Shown here one piece after another: positions 23,401 through 34,520 of a DNA stretch of 64,000 bases. The position numbers and the translations under genes are program-made. The DNA is from Ylistrum balloti. Taxonomy: Eukaryota. Below the pieces are notes generated by a model. It was not told where the DNA came from. It made no database searches and worked only from the letters and a program-made list of their open reading frames with translations. The stretch lies in the NCBI RefSeq assembly GCF_031769215.1, contig NW_026782612.1, positions 620,001 to 684,000 on the forward strand, read 5' to 3'. How positions within the stretch are numbered: position 1 is the stretch's first letter; the number at the start of each line of letters is the position of its first letter.

Positions 23401-24506
23401 CAAATTCAGTGTGGATTGGTCCTTTAATGGAAAGGAGGTGCGGGAAAATCATCCTGTCAATAAATACGAAATTGAGACTGGTTCCTCCACTTTTTCCTAC
23501 AGTGATGATACAGTTGTGAGAATCATGCGTGAGCAATCTACCACCCTCACTGTCACGTGTGTTTCAGATGAGGATTACGGGAGGTATGACGTCGTTGTGT
23601 CAAATAAGGCGGGAAAAGCAGTAATCCCAGTGTGGTTAGCGAAACCTGACCAAGGTATTTATAGATAAATATCATAAACAATAAAGATGGTAATTTATGG
23701 ATCGATTTTATGATAAATATAGATATTTTGTCATACTGGTCTTATCATTGTCTTTCTTTCTTTTTTTCTTTTCTTTCTTTCTTTCCTCGCATTGTTCAAA
23801 AGAAGAAGAAAAAGGAAAGAAAAAAACTGATCCAAACACAAAATAAACCGGTGCTTCGGAAATATCGACCCATTGTTTGACGCCGGATAGTTCTGACATT
23901 ACAATTGTCAACCAGATTAAATTTCATACTGTTAACTAGTAAGAATCGCCTACCATCTCAAATTGTGTTTAATTATTAAATAGGTTAAAAAAACTGAAAC
24001 ATACTAAAAAAAATTGATGGAAAATTATCTCACTCAAACCTCTAGATATGTGCTGAACTTCAAATACTATTTTAAAGAGGGTTTCTACTTGAAATATCTA
24101 ATGAGTTGAGCGGCAAAACCTCGATACCGTTCTTGCAATTTGTGCAAAGTGAAAGTGAAACTTGATCTTCTACTACCAACAGGTGTTCCTGAGATCGTAG
24201 GGGATATTGTTACAGACGTCAAAAATTCAACAGGGGAGATAAATGCGACATTCTTATCCTCGCCAAGTTATACATTCATCAGATGGTTAAAAGAGGGTAA
24301 GGAAATAGAAAATGATTCTTCTAAATATAGGATCTTAAACGAGAACATCGATATTGATGTCCCCTCCGATGGGGAAACAATGGCGAAAATAGGAACCATA
24401 ACGAGGCTGAGTGTGACGTCACTCGAGGACAAAGACTATGGGCGCTACACAGTTCAAATCTTCAACAAAGTTGGAATGACTGACAGATCTGTGAAACTGG
24501 ACGAAG
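5375..24506 (+). CDS. Secreted or cell-surface protein: signal peptide, 2 CUB-type domains, 7 Ig-like domains (15 exons, about 1,075 aa so far; terminal exon uncertain)
   Basis: Exons 5375-5453, 8805-8895, 9488-9612, 12160-12336, 13075-13207, 14163-14281, 16410-16562, 16978-17301, 17981-18060, 19038-19263, 20169-20627, 21208-21477, 21951-22277, 23316-23654 and 24183-24506 join into one open frame of 3,226 nt with all phases consistent. N-terminus MSPRNGIISNRFYFTLVGLILITPSEG is signal-peptide-like. CUB motifs: CG...TSPGYPREYGNSLDCKWTI...SFSLEETYDHLVIYNG...SSGTSIVIEFKTD...GRGFHLSY. Ig motifs: W at strand C and D-x-G-x-Y-x-x-x-V-x-N-x-x-G at strand F. Confidence 0.85.
7201..7230 (+). ncRNA. Solitary internally deleted hammerhead relic of the same family
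   Basis: atcact-agaaggacgaaacagctgtttgat matches the array unit but lacks gacgagtcct. The upstream flank ggcccttaacatcact resembles the array's ggccattagtatcact. Confidence 0.6.
7441..7633 (+). mobile_element. tRNA-derived SINE (V/Meta-domain-like)
   Basis: Pol III A box TGGCGCAGTGG, B box GTTCGATT, central GGGTTTCCCCCGGGAATTCTGGTTTCCTCC motif and AATAAA-rich tail. Related copies lie at ~25955 and ~41332. Confidence 0.75.
8203..8448. mobile_element. Second copy of the same MITE, right TIR truncated
   Basis: Colinear similarity to 26329-26597 along the whole length. Confidence 0.7.
8805..12336 (+). CDS. CUB-Ig gene, divergent first CUB-like domain (exons 8805-8895, 9488-9612, 12160-12336)
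   Basis: ...SNPSNCTWIIERDDC...LHINIYDG...SSGRFLTIVFTVRGDHYSQRNFQFRY follows the CUB pattern (NCxWxI; IYDG; SSGxxLxIxF; F-x-F-x-Y). Confidence 0.7.
8951..9410 (+). ncRNA. Tandem array of ten 45-nt minimal type I hammerhead ribozyme units, intronic and sense to the CUB-Ig gene
   Basis: Unit tagtATCA-CTGACGA-GTCCT-aga-AGGAC-GAAA-C-AGCT-GTA-TGATg has the hammerhead core (CUGANGA, GAAA, NUH), stem I atca/tgat, stem II gtcct/aggac, and a 2-bp stem III with a palindromic AGCT loop. The unit at 9266-9310 is fully canonical. Confidence 0.85.
9613..11995. repeat. Composite 42/55-bp minisatellite with a ~1,025-bp higher-order duplication
   Basis: ctggtgtgtataaaccctgggtaacttttctggtaggacatg, with or without attactatatagt. 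Identical artefact ORFs start at 9974/10999 and near-identical ones at 10113/11138. Confidence 0.95.
13075..16562 (+). CDS. CUB-Ig gene, second canonical CUB domain (exons 13075-13207, 14163-14281, 16410-16562)
   Basis: TCGDEFLIAYQTPNVVTSPGYPREYGN|SLDCKWTIKSDDICNDDVIHVTIHSFSLEETYDHLVIYN|GDTAFDPVLIKLSGNVEPQLITSSGTSIVIEFKTDDTASGRGFHLSY. Confidence 0.85.
13238..13678. mobile_element. Non-autonomous Helentron/HINE-like interspersed repeat of the molluscan type
   Basis: ttatgcccc...gggggcatattg start, (gtct/gttt)n tract, tgaccgtgacc motif and ggggacata...tacacatcttgtt end. Recognised from memory of mollusc repeat families, not searched. Confidence 0.5.
13928..14064. repeat. ~68-bp tandem duplication
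   Basis: gaggaaatgtgaaa.cggatttccgaa...ttcgttaatttccgtc occurs twice. Confidence 0.8.
14500..16220. repeat. 44-bp minisatellite (~39 copies)
   Basis: tcactcaatcggtgataccgagtttgtgatcatctgatcaagtt. Confidence 0.95.
16978..24506 (+). CDS. CUB-Ig gene, seven Ig-like domains (mostly one domain per phase-1 exon; Ig2 is split over 17981-18060 and 19038-19263)
   Basis: F-strand motifs: DIGMYKIAVVNEFG, DYGEYRFIIRNDLG, DFGVYRVVVENGAG, DAGTYTCVA, DFGIYKITVSNEMG, DYGRYDVVVSNKAG, DYGRYTVQIFNKVG. Confidence 0.85.
17709..17842. mobile_element. Small foldback/MITE-like element
   Basis: Perfect 17-bp inverted repeat atggtcagtgtcttaaa (17709-17725) and tttaagacactgaccat (17826-17842), extending imperfectly inward. 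Confidence 0.55.
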
Positions 24507-25954
24507 GTGAATATCAATGAATGTTTTTCAATGGAGGCATAACAGAAGGAAATGAATACCTATAGCTCTTTCTATATAGACAAGTATATCACATTTCGTT
24601 CCGGATAACGCCTCCATAGTTTTCTAGTTGCCCTTATGTATTGTATGTTTGAGTACAAATAGGTGAAATTTCAGTATATTCTCACTTTCCTTCTTTTGTT
24701 AAATATTATAAAGATGATTTTTTTTTAATTATCAGGTAAAATATCAAATGGTTTAGTTTAGTTTTAACATGTTTGAAAAAAAATCGGCATCAAACATGAA
24801 CGACTGTTTAATATGATTTATTTTTTATTTACAGTATGCACGCTATAACCTTTAAAGTAATGTGGTGTTGGCATCATGAGGAACTAATGAGAAAATTCTA
24901 CCGCAAAGACTCTGATAACAATGAAACTCCCGAGGCGGATTTTCAGCTGTTCCTGAAATACAACGATAAACACCACAGCTACAATATGTAGTGTTGACTG
25001 TCTGTATCTATACTGTTACGTATAACCTCATTTATTCTGTTATTTTATTTGTCACTTGAGCAGTGCATTCTGTGCTTTATACTGTTCTGCGTGTACAGTT
25101 ATTGTTGTGAAACATTTTTGCGGAGGAAGTGGAGGTAAGGTCCAGATAATGGACGCCGTGGTCGACTCCATCACCGAAGCAGTTCCTACGTTACTGATAC
25201 CGTTAACAAAGCACAACATTAGCAACAATATGATACTGTATAGTTGTTAAAGTTCAGGGGCTGATATTTGCCCAGTTATTCCAGATATATATTTTGATCT
25301 ATGTTAATTGTTTGGTGGGTAGTTAATCTCGCGTAATGTAAGATGGCCGCGAATAAAGCGAAATTCATATCCCTTAAATATTACCCATTATAAAGTATAT
25401 TGCTAATCTGAGGTTGTAAAACAACACTTTTGTTAAAGATGAATTGTTTACCTTTGTCTCCTTTACTGATCATGCAGTCAGAAATCATTTCAGACTGATT
25501 TGGCAGTGTGCCATAACCATGACGGTTTTTATTCTTTATCAAGTCTTTATCAGGTCTTTATCAGGTCTTTATCAAGTCCAGCAATCTGTCTAATGATAAC
25601 AAAACGGTGATAGTTCGGTGGCAATTGTCGCTTCCTGTCAAGTAAAATTGGAGATATTATTTTTTTTTTCTAAATCACTTCAAGAAAATTTCAAATATTT
25701 ATTCCTTTTCCAAAACCAAATGTACATTAAATGTAAACTTTCTTAAATCATTACCTAGAGTAACAATATGTTTAATACTGACTTAGAATCTATAGTGTGT
25801 AATATTGAATGAGACCTTTACTGAGTGAGTTTTTTTATTAATTCATTGTTTTTGCTTGAAATATTATCAATAATGAATAACAATTAAGCAATAAAAAGGT
25901 TTTCTGTGTTCAGAAAACCATAAAAGCAAACAATATCATATTCGTTTTGTTTTG

Positions 25955-26135
25955 GGTTGTCGGATGGCGCAGTGGTAACGCACTCGCATCTCACCTGACC
26001 GTCAGGGGTTCGATTCCCGGAATGGATATAAAAAGGTATGGGGAGTTCTGCCCGACCACGCGCGCTTCCATCAGGGCGAACAAGGGTGATTTATATAAGT
26101 TGGGAAAACAATTGTAGTAAAATAAATAAAGTTTA
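25955..26135 (+). mobile_element. tRNA-derived SINE, internally deleted copy
   Basis: Same head (tggcgcagtggtaacgcactcg...gttcgattcccggaa) and tail (gggcgaacaagggtgatt...aataaataaag) as the 7441 copy. The central domain is missing. Confidence 0.7.
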
Positions 26136-26328
26136 TTGTTATTATTGTGTTTTCATGAAGACCCATCTTTGATATGAATAACTAAAGAATTACTTACATG
26201 GAAGCAGAATCTGAATTCAAACTCAAATTCCATTAAATAATGGCAAAATATGACAAAACAAAAACAGGTAGAGCCAAATGAAAAAGATTTACAAAGAGAC
26301 TTCTGAAAAAGCACAAGGGGAATAAAAC

Positions 26329-26597
26329 CAGGGCCCGTATTCATAAAACCGTTCTCACGCTCAAGCATGAATTTTGTGCCCAAGTCTTATGTCTTGGTTA
26401 AGTTAAAAATCAATAAATAAGGCTAATTTTGCCAAAGATTAAAAAAAAATGAGAGAACTTCAAGTCAAAGTTATATTCAATGTTTATATCTGACATTTGT
26501 ATTACTTTATATGATTTAGTCGAATTATAAAAAAAATCTGATTGAGCACAAAATCTATGCTTGAGCATGTGGATGGTTTAATGAATATAGACCCAGG
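26329..26597. mobile_element. MITE with ~55-bp imperfect terminal inverted repeats
   Basis: Left end cagggcccgtattcataaaaccgttctcacgctcaagcatgaattttgtgcccaa is the approximate reverse complement of the right end ttgagcacaaaatctatgcttgagcatgtggatggtttaatgaatatagacccag. A second copy starts at 8203. Confidence 0.75.
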
Positions 26598-26789
26598 TGT
26601 TCCGGCAGAGTACGCGTATTCTGCTGTATCAACGACACATACTTAACGGTCGTCAGCGAGTTCGAATTTCCGCCATTAAATAAGGATAAAATAAGATAGA
26701 TATATTTGGAATAAAAATCCATAAAGAAAACCAGTGTCAATTACAGAAACGTTTAAAGTTAAATCATGAAAACATTTGAGCCATAAAAC

Positions 26790-26950
26790 ATAAAGAGCAC
26801 GCGAAGTTCCTTATTATCTCTTTCAAATATATTGATGACGTCTTTAAATAGCAAGAGATTTATTGACCATCTCCTTAATATATACATACCAGAATCGGCC
26901 ATCATGGCCACTAGACCGATAATCAACATGGACATCAATCCTTCAAACTG
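26790..26950 (+). mobile_element. Degenerate Penelope-like (PLE) reverse transcriptase fragment
   Basis: AKFLIISFKYIDDV, then a frameshift to SLNSKRFIDHLLNIYIPE, resembling the PLE RT motif FRYIDDVLSLNNSKFxDYLxxIYPxEL. Confidence 0.6.
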
Positions 26951-28519
26951 TATGATAAACCACAATTTGCATGTCATATTGGCTTGTCATCCAACATCAG
27001 TCTCATTGTGCATGGTTTCAAATTACTTACGTCACAATCAATATATGTGACAAATGTGGATGAAGGACGTCGGTAATGAATGACAAACACCTAATACCGT
27101 AACCAGGAAAGAAGAAGAATGACATTATGAATCTGAAGGGCGATTTCTAGAAACTTCCTCCCTTACTGCTGCATCAAGGTGAGGTCGGCACTATTGACAA
27201 TTTAACGAATTTTGTAACGAGAATGTAAGGACATTTGAGAAAGGACTAGAATTGTTTGGTTCTGTCAATGAAGCTAATTTATTCAAAAACAATTATTTAT
27301 AATGATTAAGTTATTGTACAATAACAACCAAATTAAAAAAAAAGACAGGTAAGGCAAAAAAAAAAAAATAAAAACACTGTGTTTCCAGTTTTGTCTAAAA
27401 ATATGGTCGGTACGTCGTTTTTTTATCATTATTGGAAAACAATGTTATCTTGCTTTGATGCAGACTTCTTAAGTACCATATGTTGATTAGGGAATGTTAG
27501 GAGCTGTTTATGAAATGTTTATGAAGGTATGACCATCACAATCTGTAGGTACATCTATGCTGTCTGATTTTTAAAAAGGACGGTCTTGTCGAGTTTCTTT
27601 CCTTATGTATTGTGTTACAGCATTATGGTACTCTGTTTCCTTTGACTTTTTTACTACACAAATACACGATGATAAAGAAATGTACAAACTTAGTTTTTAA
27701 CTTTTTTTCATCAGAATTTACATATTATATATATTTACGGAGAAGTAGAATCATACTCAGGAAATGTATTTGACATATGTTTATAACTTCACAAACATCA
27801 AGTTTTCCTTTTTTTCAAAAGGTTTCGAGAGAGTGTTTGACTTCGGTCTGTATAGATATATATTCACTCAGACGTGAAGAACCATCCATATCTTAGATTA
27901 GACTTAATTCTGTTTGTTGTATTTAAGTAAAATATTCAATGACAACTCAACATGATATATAGGAATGTTGTATTGCATCTACACAGTAGACAGGAAAAGA
28001 AATTATTAGACCCAGAACTGCTGTATCATTTTATAAAAACATGTGAAAAAGGCAATACCAAAATCTAGTAAAAAGGTTTGATTTTTTAAAATCAAAAGAT
28101 ACTTCATTAAATCACCAAAACATGTTAATTGATGAAAACAAAAACTAATTATCAACTTCTATTAGTTAAGAATATGCCAATCACGGATATAGCTACTACG
28201 GTACAGTTTTCGTGCAAACACTGCTTCAGGTGACAAAGCAAATTTGTGTTTTGTTAGAGGCAGGATATCGTGGTTATCGTGAAGCTGTTGGTAACACCTA
28301 GTGACTTACGGCACCAAAAACAAAGGGAGACACTGTAACGGTACAATAATGTTAATGTTAGTTAGTAAAATTAGTTTTGATATTATTTTTACATTATGTA
28401 TATGTCAAACGCCTGAGTGAATTTGCCTCAGAGTACTGTTACCTCTGTGAATTGCCAGAAAACAAACCATGAGCAAATATATTTATATTAATTTTTTTTT
28501 TTTTCAAAATGTTGAACAA

Positions 28520-29520
28520 ATAGGAGACTGTAGCAAAAAATAGGGACTGTAGCAGAAATATAGAGGCAGTAGCAAATATACAGGGACGGTAGGAAATATA
28601 GGGACGGTAGCAAAAATATAGGGACGGTAGCAAACATATAGGGACGGTAGCAAAAAATAGGGACTGTAGCAGAAATATAGAGGCAGTAGCAAAAATATAG
28701 GGACGGTAGCGAAATATAGGGACGGTGGCAAAAATATAGGGACGGAAGCAAAAATATAGGGACGGAAGCAAACATATAGCGACGGTAGCAAAAAATAGGG
28801 ACTGAAGCAGAAATATAGAGGCAGTAGCAAAAATATAGGGACGGTAGCGAAATATAGGGACGGTGGCAAAAATATAGGGACGGTAGCGAAATATAGGGAC
28901 GGTGGCAAAAACATATGGACGGTAGCAAAAATATAGGGACGGAAGCAAACATATAGGGACGGTAGCAAAAAATAGGGACTGTAGCAGAAATATAGAGGCA
29001 GTAGCAAAAATATAGGGACGGTGGCAAAAATATAGGGACGGTAGCGAAATATAGGGACGGTGGCAAAAATATAGGGACGGTAGAAAAATATAGGGACGGT
29101 AGGAAATATAGGGACGGTAGCAAAAATATAGGGACGGAAGCAAACATATAGGGACGGTAGCAAAAATATAAGGACGATAGCAAACATATAGGGACGGTAG
29201 CAAAAATATAGGGACGGTAGGAAATATAGGGACGGTAATAAAAACATAGGGACGGTAGCAACAAATAGGGACGGTAGCAAAACTATAGGGACGGTAGCGA
29301 AATATAGGGACGGTGGGAAATATAGGGACGGTAGCAAAAATATAGGGACGGTAGCAAAAATATAGGGACGGTAGCAACAAATATAGCGACGGTAGCGAAA
29401 TATAGGGACGGTAGGAAATATAGGGACGGTAGCAAAAATATAAGGACGATAGCAAACATATAGGGACGGTAGCAAAAATATAGGGACGGTAGCGAAATAT
29501 AGGGACGGTAGCAAAAATAC
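28520..29520. repeat. ~20-22-bp minisatellite
   Basis: aaaaatatagggacggtagc variants. Source of the 258-338 aa artefact ORFs. Confidence 0.95.
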
Positions 29521-30124
29521 AACACTTTGTCTAGGAGATACCTATCATTTATATCAATATTCACCAGCCGTTTTTTTAGTCATCACTCTTTTTTCACGAA
29601 TTTCTTCCACTGGCAACCGTCCAAGAACCCGAGGTCCTAATGGTGGCTACCATGGCGGCGTCAATAGTTCAATTTAATTCTTAGTTGCTCAATAAAATAC
29701 AAATGCTATCTTCACCAAACTTGCGTAGTAGTTATATAAAAACAAAACATCTTAGTACACTTACTCAAAGAAATCTATAACATATAGTTGATGACATGTA
29801 ATTATACTTTGTTAATTAATTGTGTCATGTTAAAATTTCCGTTTATCTTGTTGTTGAGCTTTATTTTTCTCGAAGCTGTCACAACCAAGCATTAAATATA
29901 TCTATATATGTACCTCAGTATAATCATCCTGATTTATGTTTCAAATCAAGAATTTCACCATCAGTTTATTGTAAATTTTTATCTGTCGAACTAAATGTTA
30001 AATTTTATTTCATCAAAATAAAAACATTTAAAATACAATGTTATATTTTAGAAGTTTTAGATGTCTGTGCCCCTGCATCCAAAGTAGAAAATTTCCACGC
30101 GGCCTAATTTCCGGATAATTATTA

Positions 30125-31970
30125 CACATTGAAGACATTATGTACGTGTTAGACAAAACAACTTTGCCGGAGGCAGAGAGGCATGTGATGGAGAAGAAAA
30201 CAATACTGATACTTGGGGAGGAGCAGGTGGAATACAAGGCCACTAGGACTACTATAAAGAATTACGGAATCAAAGTTTGTTTCCCTTTTCCTCAAATTCT
30301 TGAATACATTTAGTATTATGCATACCTCTGGTGATTGACTCCGCCCCTCTGTATATATACATTTATTATTATGCATACCTCTGATATTTAACTCCGCCTC
30401 TCTGTATATATACATTTAGTATTATGCATACCTCTGATTATTAACTCCGCCCGTCTCTATATATAACTCCACCCCTCTGTATATATATATTTAGTATAAT
30501 GGATACTCTGGTTATTAACTCCGCCCCTCTGTATATATCCATTTAGTAATATGTATACCTCTGGTAAGAAACTCCGGTCCTCTGTATATATGCATGTAGT
30601 ATTATGCATACCTCTGGTAAGTAACTCCGGTTCTCTGTATACATAACTCCGCCCCTCTGTATATATACATGTATTATTATGCATACATCTGGTAATTAAC
30701 ATCGCCCCTCTCTATATATATACATTTAATATTATGCATACATCTGGTAATTGACTCCGCCCCTCTGTATATAAACATGTAGTATTATGCATACATCTGG
30801 TAATTAACACCGCCCCTCTCTATATATACATTTAATATTATGCATACATCTGGTAATTAACTCCGCCCCTCTGTACATATATGTATTCAGTAGGTATGTT
30901 CTCTACGATAAGACGGCATGGATCCGTGTAATTAAGATGTGCATTTGAACAAAATCGCGGGACAAATATTTGCGGGTTTCCCTGTCGTTTCCTGTTCTAG
31001 GAGATTAAATCCGTCCTTTAAAAATATTTGAGAGTATATCTTTATGTAAGTAATATTCATAAGGGTTGTATTTCTTATTACCAACAGCTTCACCAATTCT
31101 AGTGATAATAACGGAACGTAGTTTTATTTTGCAGCTCATCCTTGTCGATACCAAGCCCAATCCATACTCAGCGGACGATATATACAGATACATACAGTTT
31201 GATTTTTCTGATCACCGACAGGACGAAACTCATGCCGAACAAATAATTCAAACATTAGCAACTGAAAATCTATCCATAGATGGATGCTGCACGTTCACTG
31301 ATGCATGTGGACCGCTAACAGCTTCTTTGTGTGAAAAGCTTTTACTGTCAGGAGGCGCTGGAATAGCCGGAGCAAGGAGAGTCCGGAACAAAAGTTTAAC
31401 TCATAAACACTTACGGAAACAAGTCAATGGCGTTTATTTACACCCAAGATCGCATAAATACGCGGGTAGGTCAGTTAAGATAAATTGCGAGGAAACTTTG
31501 AAATCGGCAATCAAATCACTTGGATTGCCTGTCATATATAAACCTGAGAATGGACAAAATGCAAACGGCGTCATGCTGATCCGGAACATTGAAGAATGTG
31601 GTCACCTCTCCAAAAAACTAAACACTCTGCTTAAAATTTGAAATTCAATGGTGATGATGGAATTTTTCGATGGCACTGAACACGACATCGAGGTGATCAT
31701 TTATCAAGGTGAGGTCCTTGCCGCTTTTGTATCATATAATGGACCCACAGGACCAGAGTCATTTTCAGAAACGTCCATGTCCTTGCCTTCATGTCTGCCT
31801 CTAAACAAAAGAGCACCTCTCACGGAAGCTGCTTCAGCCTGCTGCATTGACGTCGGGCTACGCAACGGCGTTTTTAACGTTGAAATGAAGATGACGTCAT
31901 CAGGCCCAAAGCTGCTTAAGATCAATGGATCAACTTAATGAGATGTGCAACGAGTATGATACGCGTCTAT
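30125..31970 (+). pseudogene. CARNS1: Carnosine synthase 1 (ATP-grasp)-like pseudogene fragment, two exons (~30125-30274 and 31135-~31970)
   Basis: MEKKTILILGEEQVEYKATRTTIKNYGIK|LILVDTKPN...IQFDFSDHRQDETHAEQI...IDGCCTFTDAC...LPVIYKPENGQNANGVML...*NSMVMMEFFDGTEHDIEVIIYQGEVLAAFVSYNGPT...GVFNVEMKMTSSGPKLLKING closely parallels the CARNS1 C-terminal ATP-grasp region. Lesions: in-frame TGA at 31639-31641, TAA upstream of 30125, and an early TAA at 31936-31938. Confidence 0.8.
30300..30880. repeat. ~53-bp minisatellite in the CARNS1-like intron
   Basis: attatgcatacctctggtaattaactccgcccctctgtatatatacatttagt variants. Confidence 0.9.
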
Positions 31971-33019
31971 TGATCGCCATTTTAAGGTCATGTGACACCA
32001 TGGGTCAGGATAACAAACACATCTGAAAATAACATATAATTATTCATCTGTTTTTATGTGGATATGGTTATTTATCAAGAAAAGTTATATTCCTTGAGTG
32101 GATGCCGAAGGAATTTTTAAAGCTTGATAAAAAATCGTATACAACTACTAATGGGCCAGTAAGTTTTATATAACATTTCCAACACATGTTCACAGTACAA
32201 CAAAAAATATCAGTCACTGTCACTGCAGAGTTAAACATCTAAATAAAGGATGGAAGTCATTATGTACTGTTAAGGATTCAACAAAATTAATACAAAAATG
32301 CGTTCCAAGATACGACAATCTACAACTCCTCTTCATTCGATTATTTTCTGAATATCGTCTACAAATTATTCAAGCAAAATTTGAAGGAAGTTCTTTGTTA
32401 CTATATTTGGGTACGAACGAGGTTTTGGATCGTTGTTGATATCATATTTAAAGAAGATGGGACAACTTAGTATCGGTCAGTCAGAAAAATACAGATATAG
32501 CATAGGTTTTTAATATTATTGTAAATACAGAGATCAGTTCATTGAGATTCCATTGTACTTTGTTCAGTATCATTGATCTGTCAGTCATACCTTCGTCGTT
32601 ATGATATAAATAGAAACATCCAGTGACGTCACACTCAGCCTCATTATGGCTGCCGTTTTACCATTACTGAGTACTTTCATATGAGTTTATTTCTGTTTTG
32701 TTTTGTTTTGTTTTTTTTAAACATTATATACATCTACAATATGAAGGCTTACAAGAGTCGGAACCCTAACAATTGTTCAATTTCCAACTGTAAAATGGCA
32801 TGTAGGTATATATAAACAACAAAATACCATATACAAATAGGTCATTTGGCTTTTAATTCATAAAAATATCTATTAATTCAAAGTGACCACGATTTATTGT
32901 ATTTCTCTTCTTACCATTGACCTTGATAATATCAAGGTTAAACATGTAATATATATATATATAGATATCTGTATGAAACACAAGACAGCACAAGTGTAAA
33001 AACATACATAGAAATAGCT

Positions 33020-34210
33020 AGGTAACAGGTGTAATTCTGGTGTACATACATGTAGATATCACTAGGTTACAAGTGTAATTCTGGTGTACATACATGTAGA
33101 TATCACTAGGTTACAGGTGTAATTCTAGTGTACATACATGTAGATATCACTAGGTTACATGTGTAATTCTGGTGTACATACATGTAGATATCACTAGGTT
33201 ACAAGTGTAATTCTGGTGTACATACATGTAGACATCACTAGGTTACAAGTGTAATTCTGGTGTACATACATGTAGACATCACTAGGTTACATGTGTAATT
33301 CTGGTGTACATACATGTAGATATCACTAGGTTACAGGTGTAATTCTGGAGTACATACATGTAGATATCACTAGGTTACAGGTGTAATTCTGGAGTACATA
33401 CATGTAGATATCACTAGGTTACAGGTGTAATTCTGGAGTACATACATGTAGACATCACTAGGTTACAGGTGTAATTCTAGTGTACATACATGTAGACATC
33501 ACTAGGTTACAGGTGTAATTCTGGTGTACATACATGTAGACATCACTAGGTTACAGGTGTAATTCTGGTGTACATACATGTAGACATCACTAGGTTACAG
33601 GTGTAATTCTGGTGTACATACATGTAGATATCACTAGGTTACAGGTGTAATTCTGGTGTACATACATGTAGACATCACTAGGTTACAGGTGTAATTCTGG
33701 AGTACATACATGTAGATATCACTAGGTTACAGGTGTAATTGTACATACATGTAGATATCACTAGGTTACAGGTGTAATTCTGGTGTACATACATGTAGAT
33801 ATCACTAGGTTACAGGTGTAATTCTAGTGTACATACATGTAGATATCACTAGGTTACAGGTGTAATTCTGGTGTACATACATGTAGATATCACTAGGTTA
33901 GGTTACAGGTGTAATTCTGGTGTACATACATGTAGATATCACTAGGTTACAGGTGTAATTCTGGTGTACATACATGTAGATATCACTAGGTTACAGGTGT
34001 AATTCTATGTACATACATGTAGACATCACTAGGTTACAGGTGTAATTCTGGTGTACATACATGTAGATATCACTAGGTTACAGGTGTAATTCTGGTGTAC
34101 ATACATGTAGATATCACTAGGTTACAGGTGTAATTCTAGTGTACATACATGTAGATATAGCTAGGTTATGTGTGTGATTCGAGTGTTCATACATGTAGAT
34201 ATCGCTAGGT
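33020..34210. repeat. 44-bp minisatellite
   Basis: ggtgtaattctggtgtacatacatgtagatatcactaggttaca. Confidence 0.95.
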
Positions 34211-34314
34211 TATGTGTTTGTTCTATATTTAGAGACATGTCACCCAATGACTGCACATCATCTCATAACTATAATTCTATACACATGTACTACACCTGTA
34301 TGTACCTGTAAATG

Positions 34315-34520
34315 CCTTTATCACACCTGTTTACACCTTTATTACACCTGTTTACACCTTTATTACACCTGTTTACACCTTTATCACACCTGTTTACACC
34401 TTTATTACACCTGTTTACACCTTTATTACACCTGTTTACACCTTTATTACACCTGTTTACACCTTTATCACACCTGTTTACACCTTTATCACACCTGTTT
34501 ACACCTTTATTACACCTGTA
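34315..34520. repeat. 21-bp minisatellite
   Basis: cacctgtttacacctttatta. Confidence 0.95.

Noticed and set aside
26597-26650. Candidate cytoplasmic exon GVPAEYAYSAV
   Set aside because: Its apparent acceptor is the end of a MITE TIR.
28439-29564. Overlapping 93-338 aa ORFs
   Set aside because: All three frames are open only because of a low-complexity minisatellite.
31639-31641. TGA as selenocysteine or programmed readthrough
   Set aside because: It aligns to Gly, and the locus has further independent lesions.
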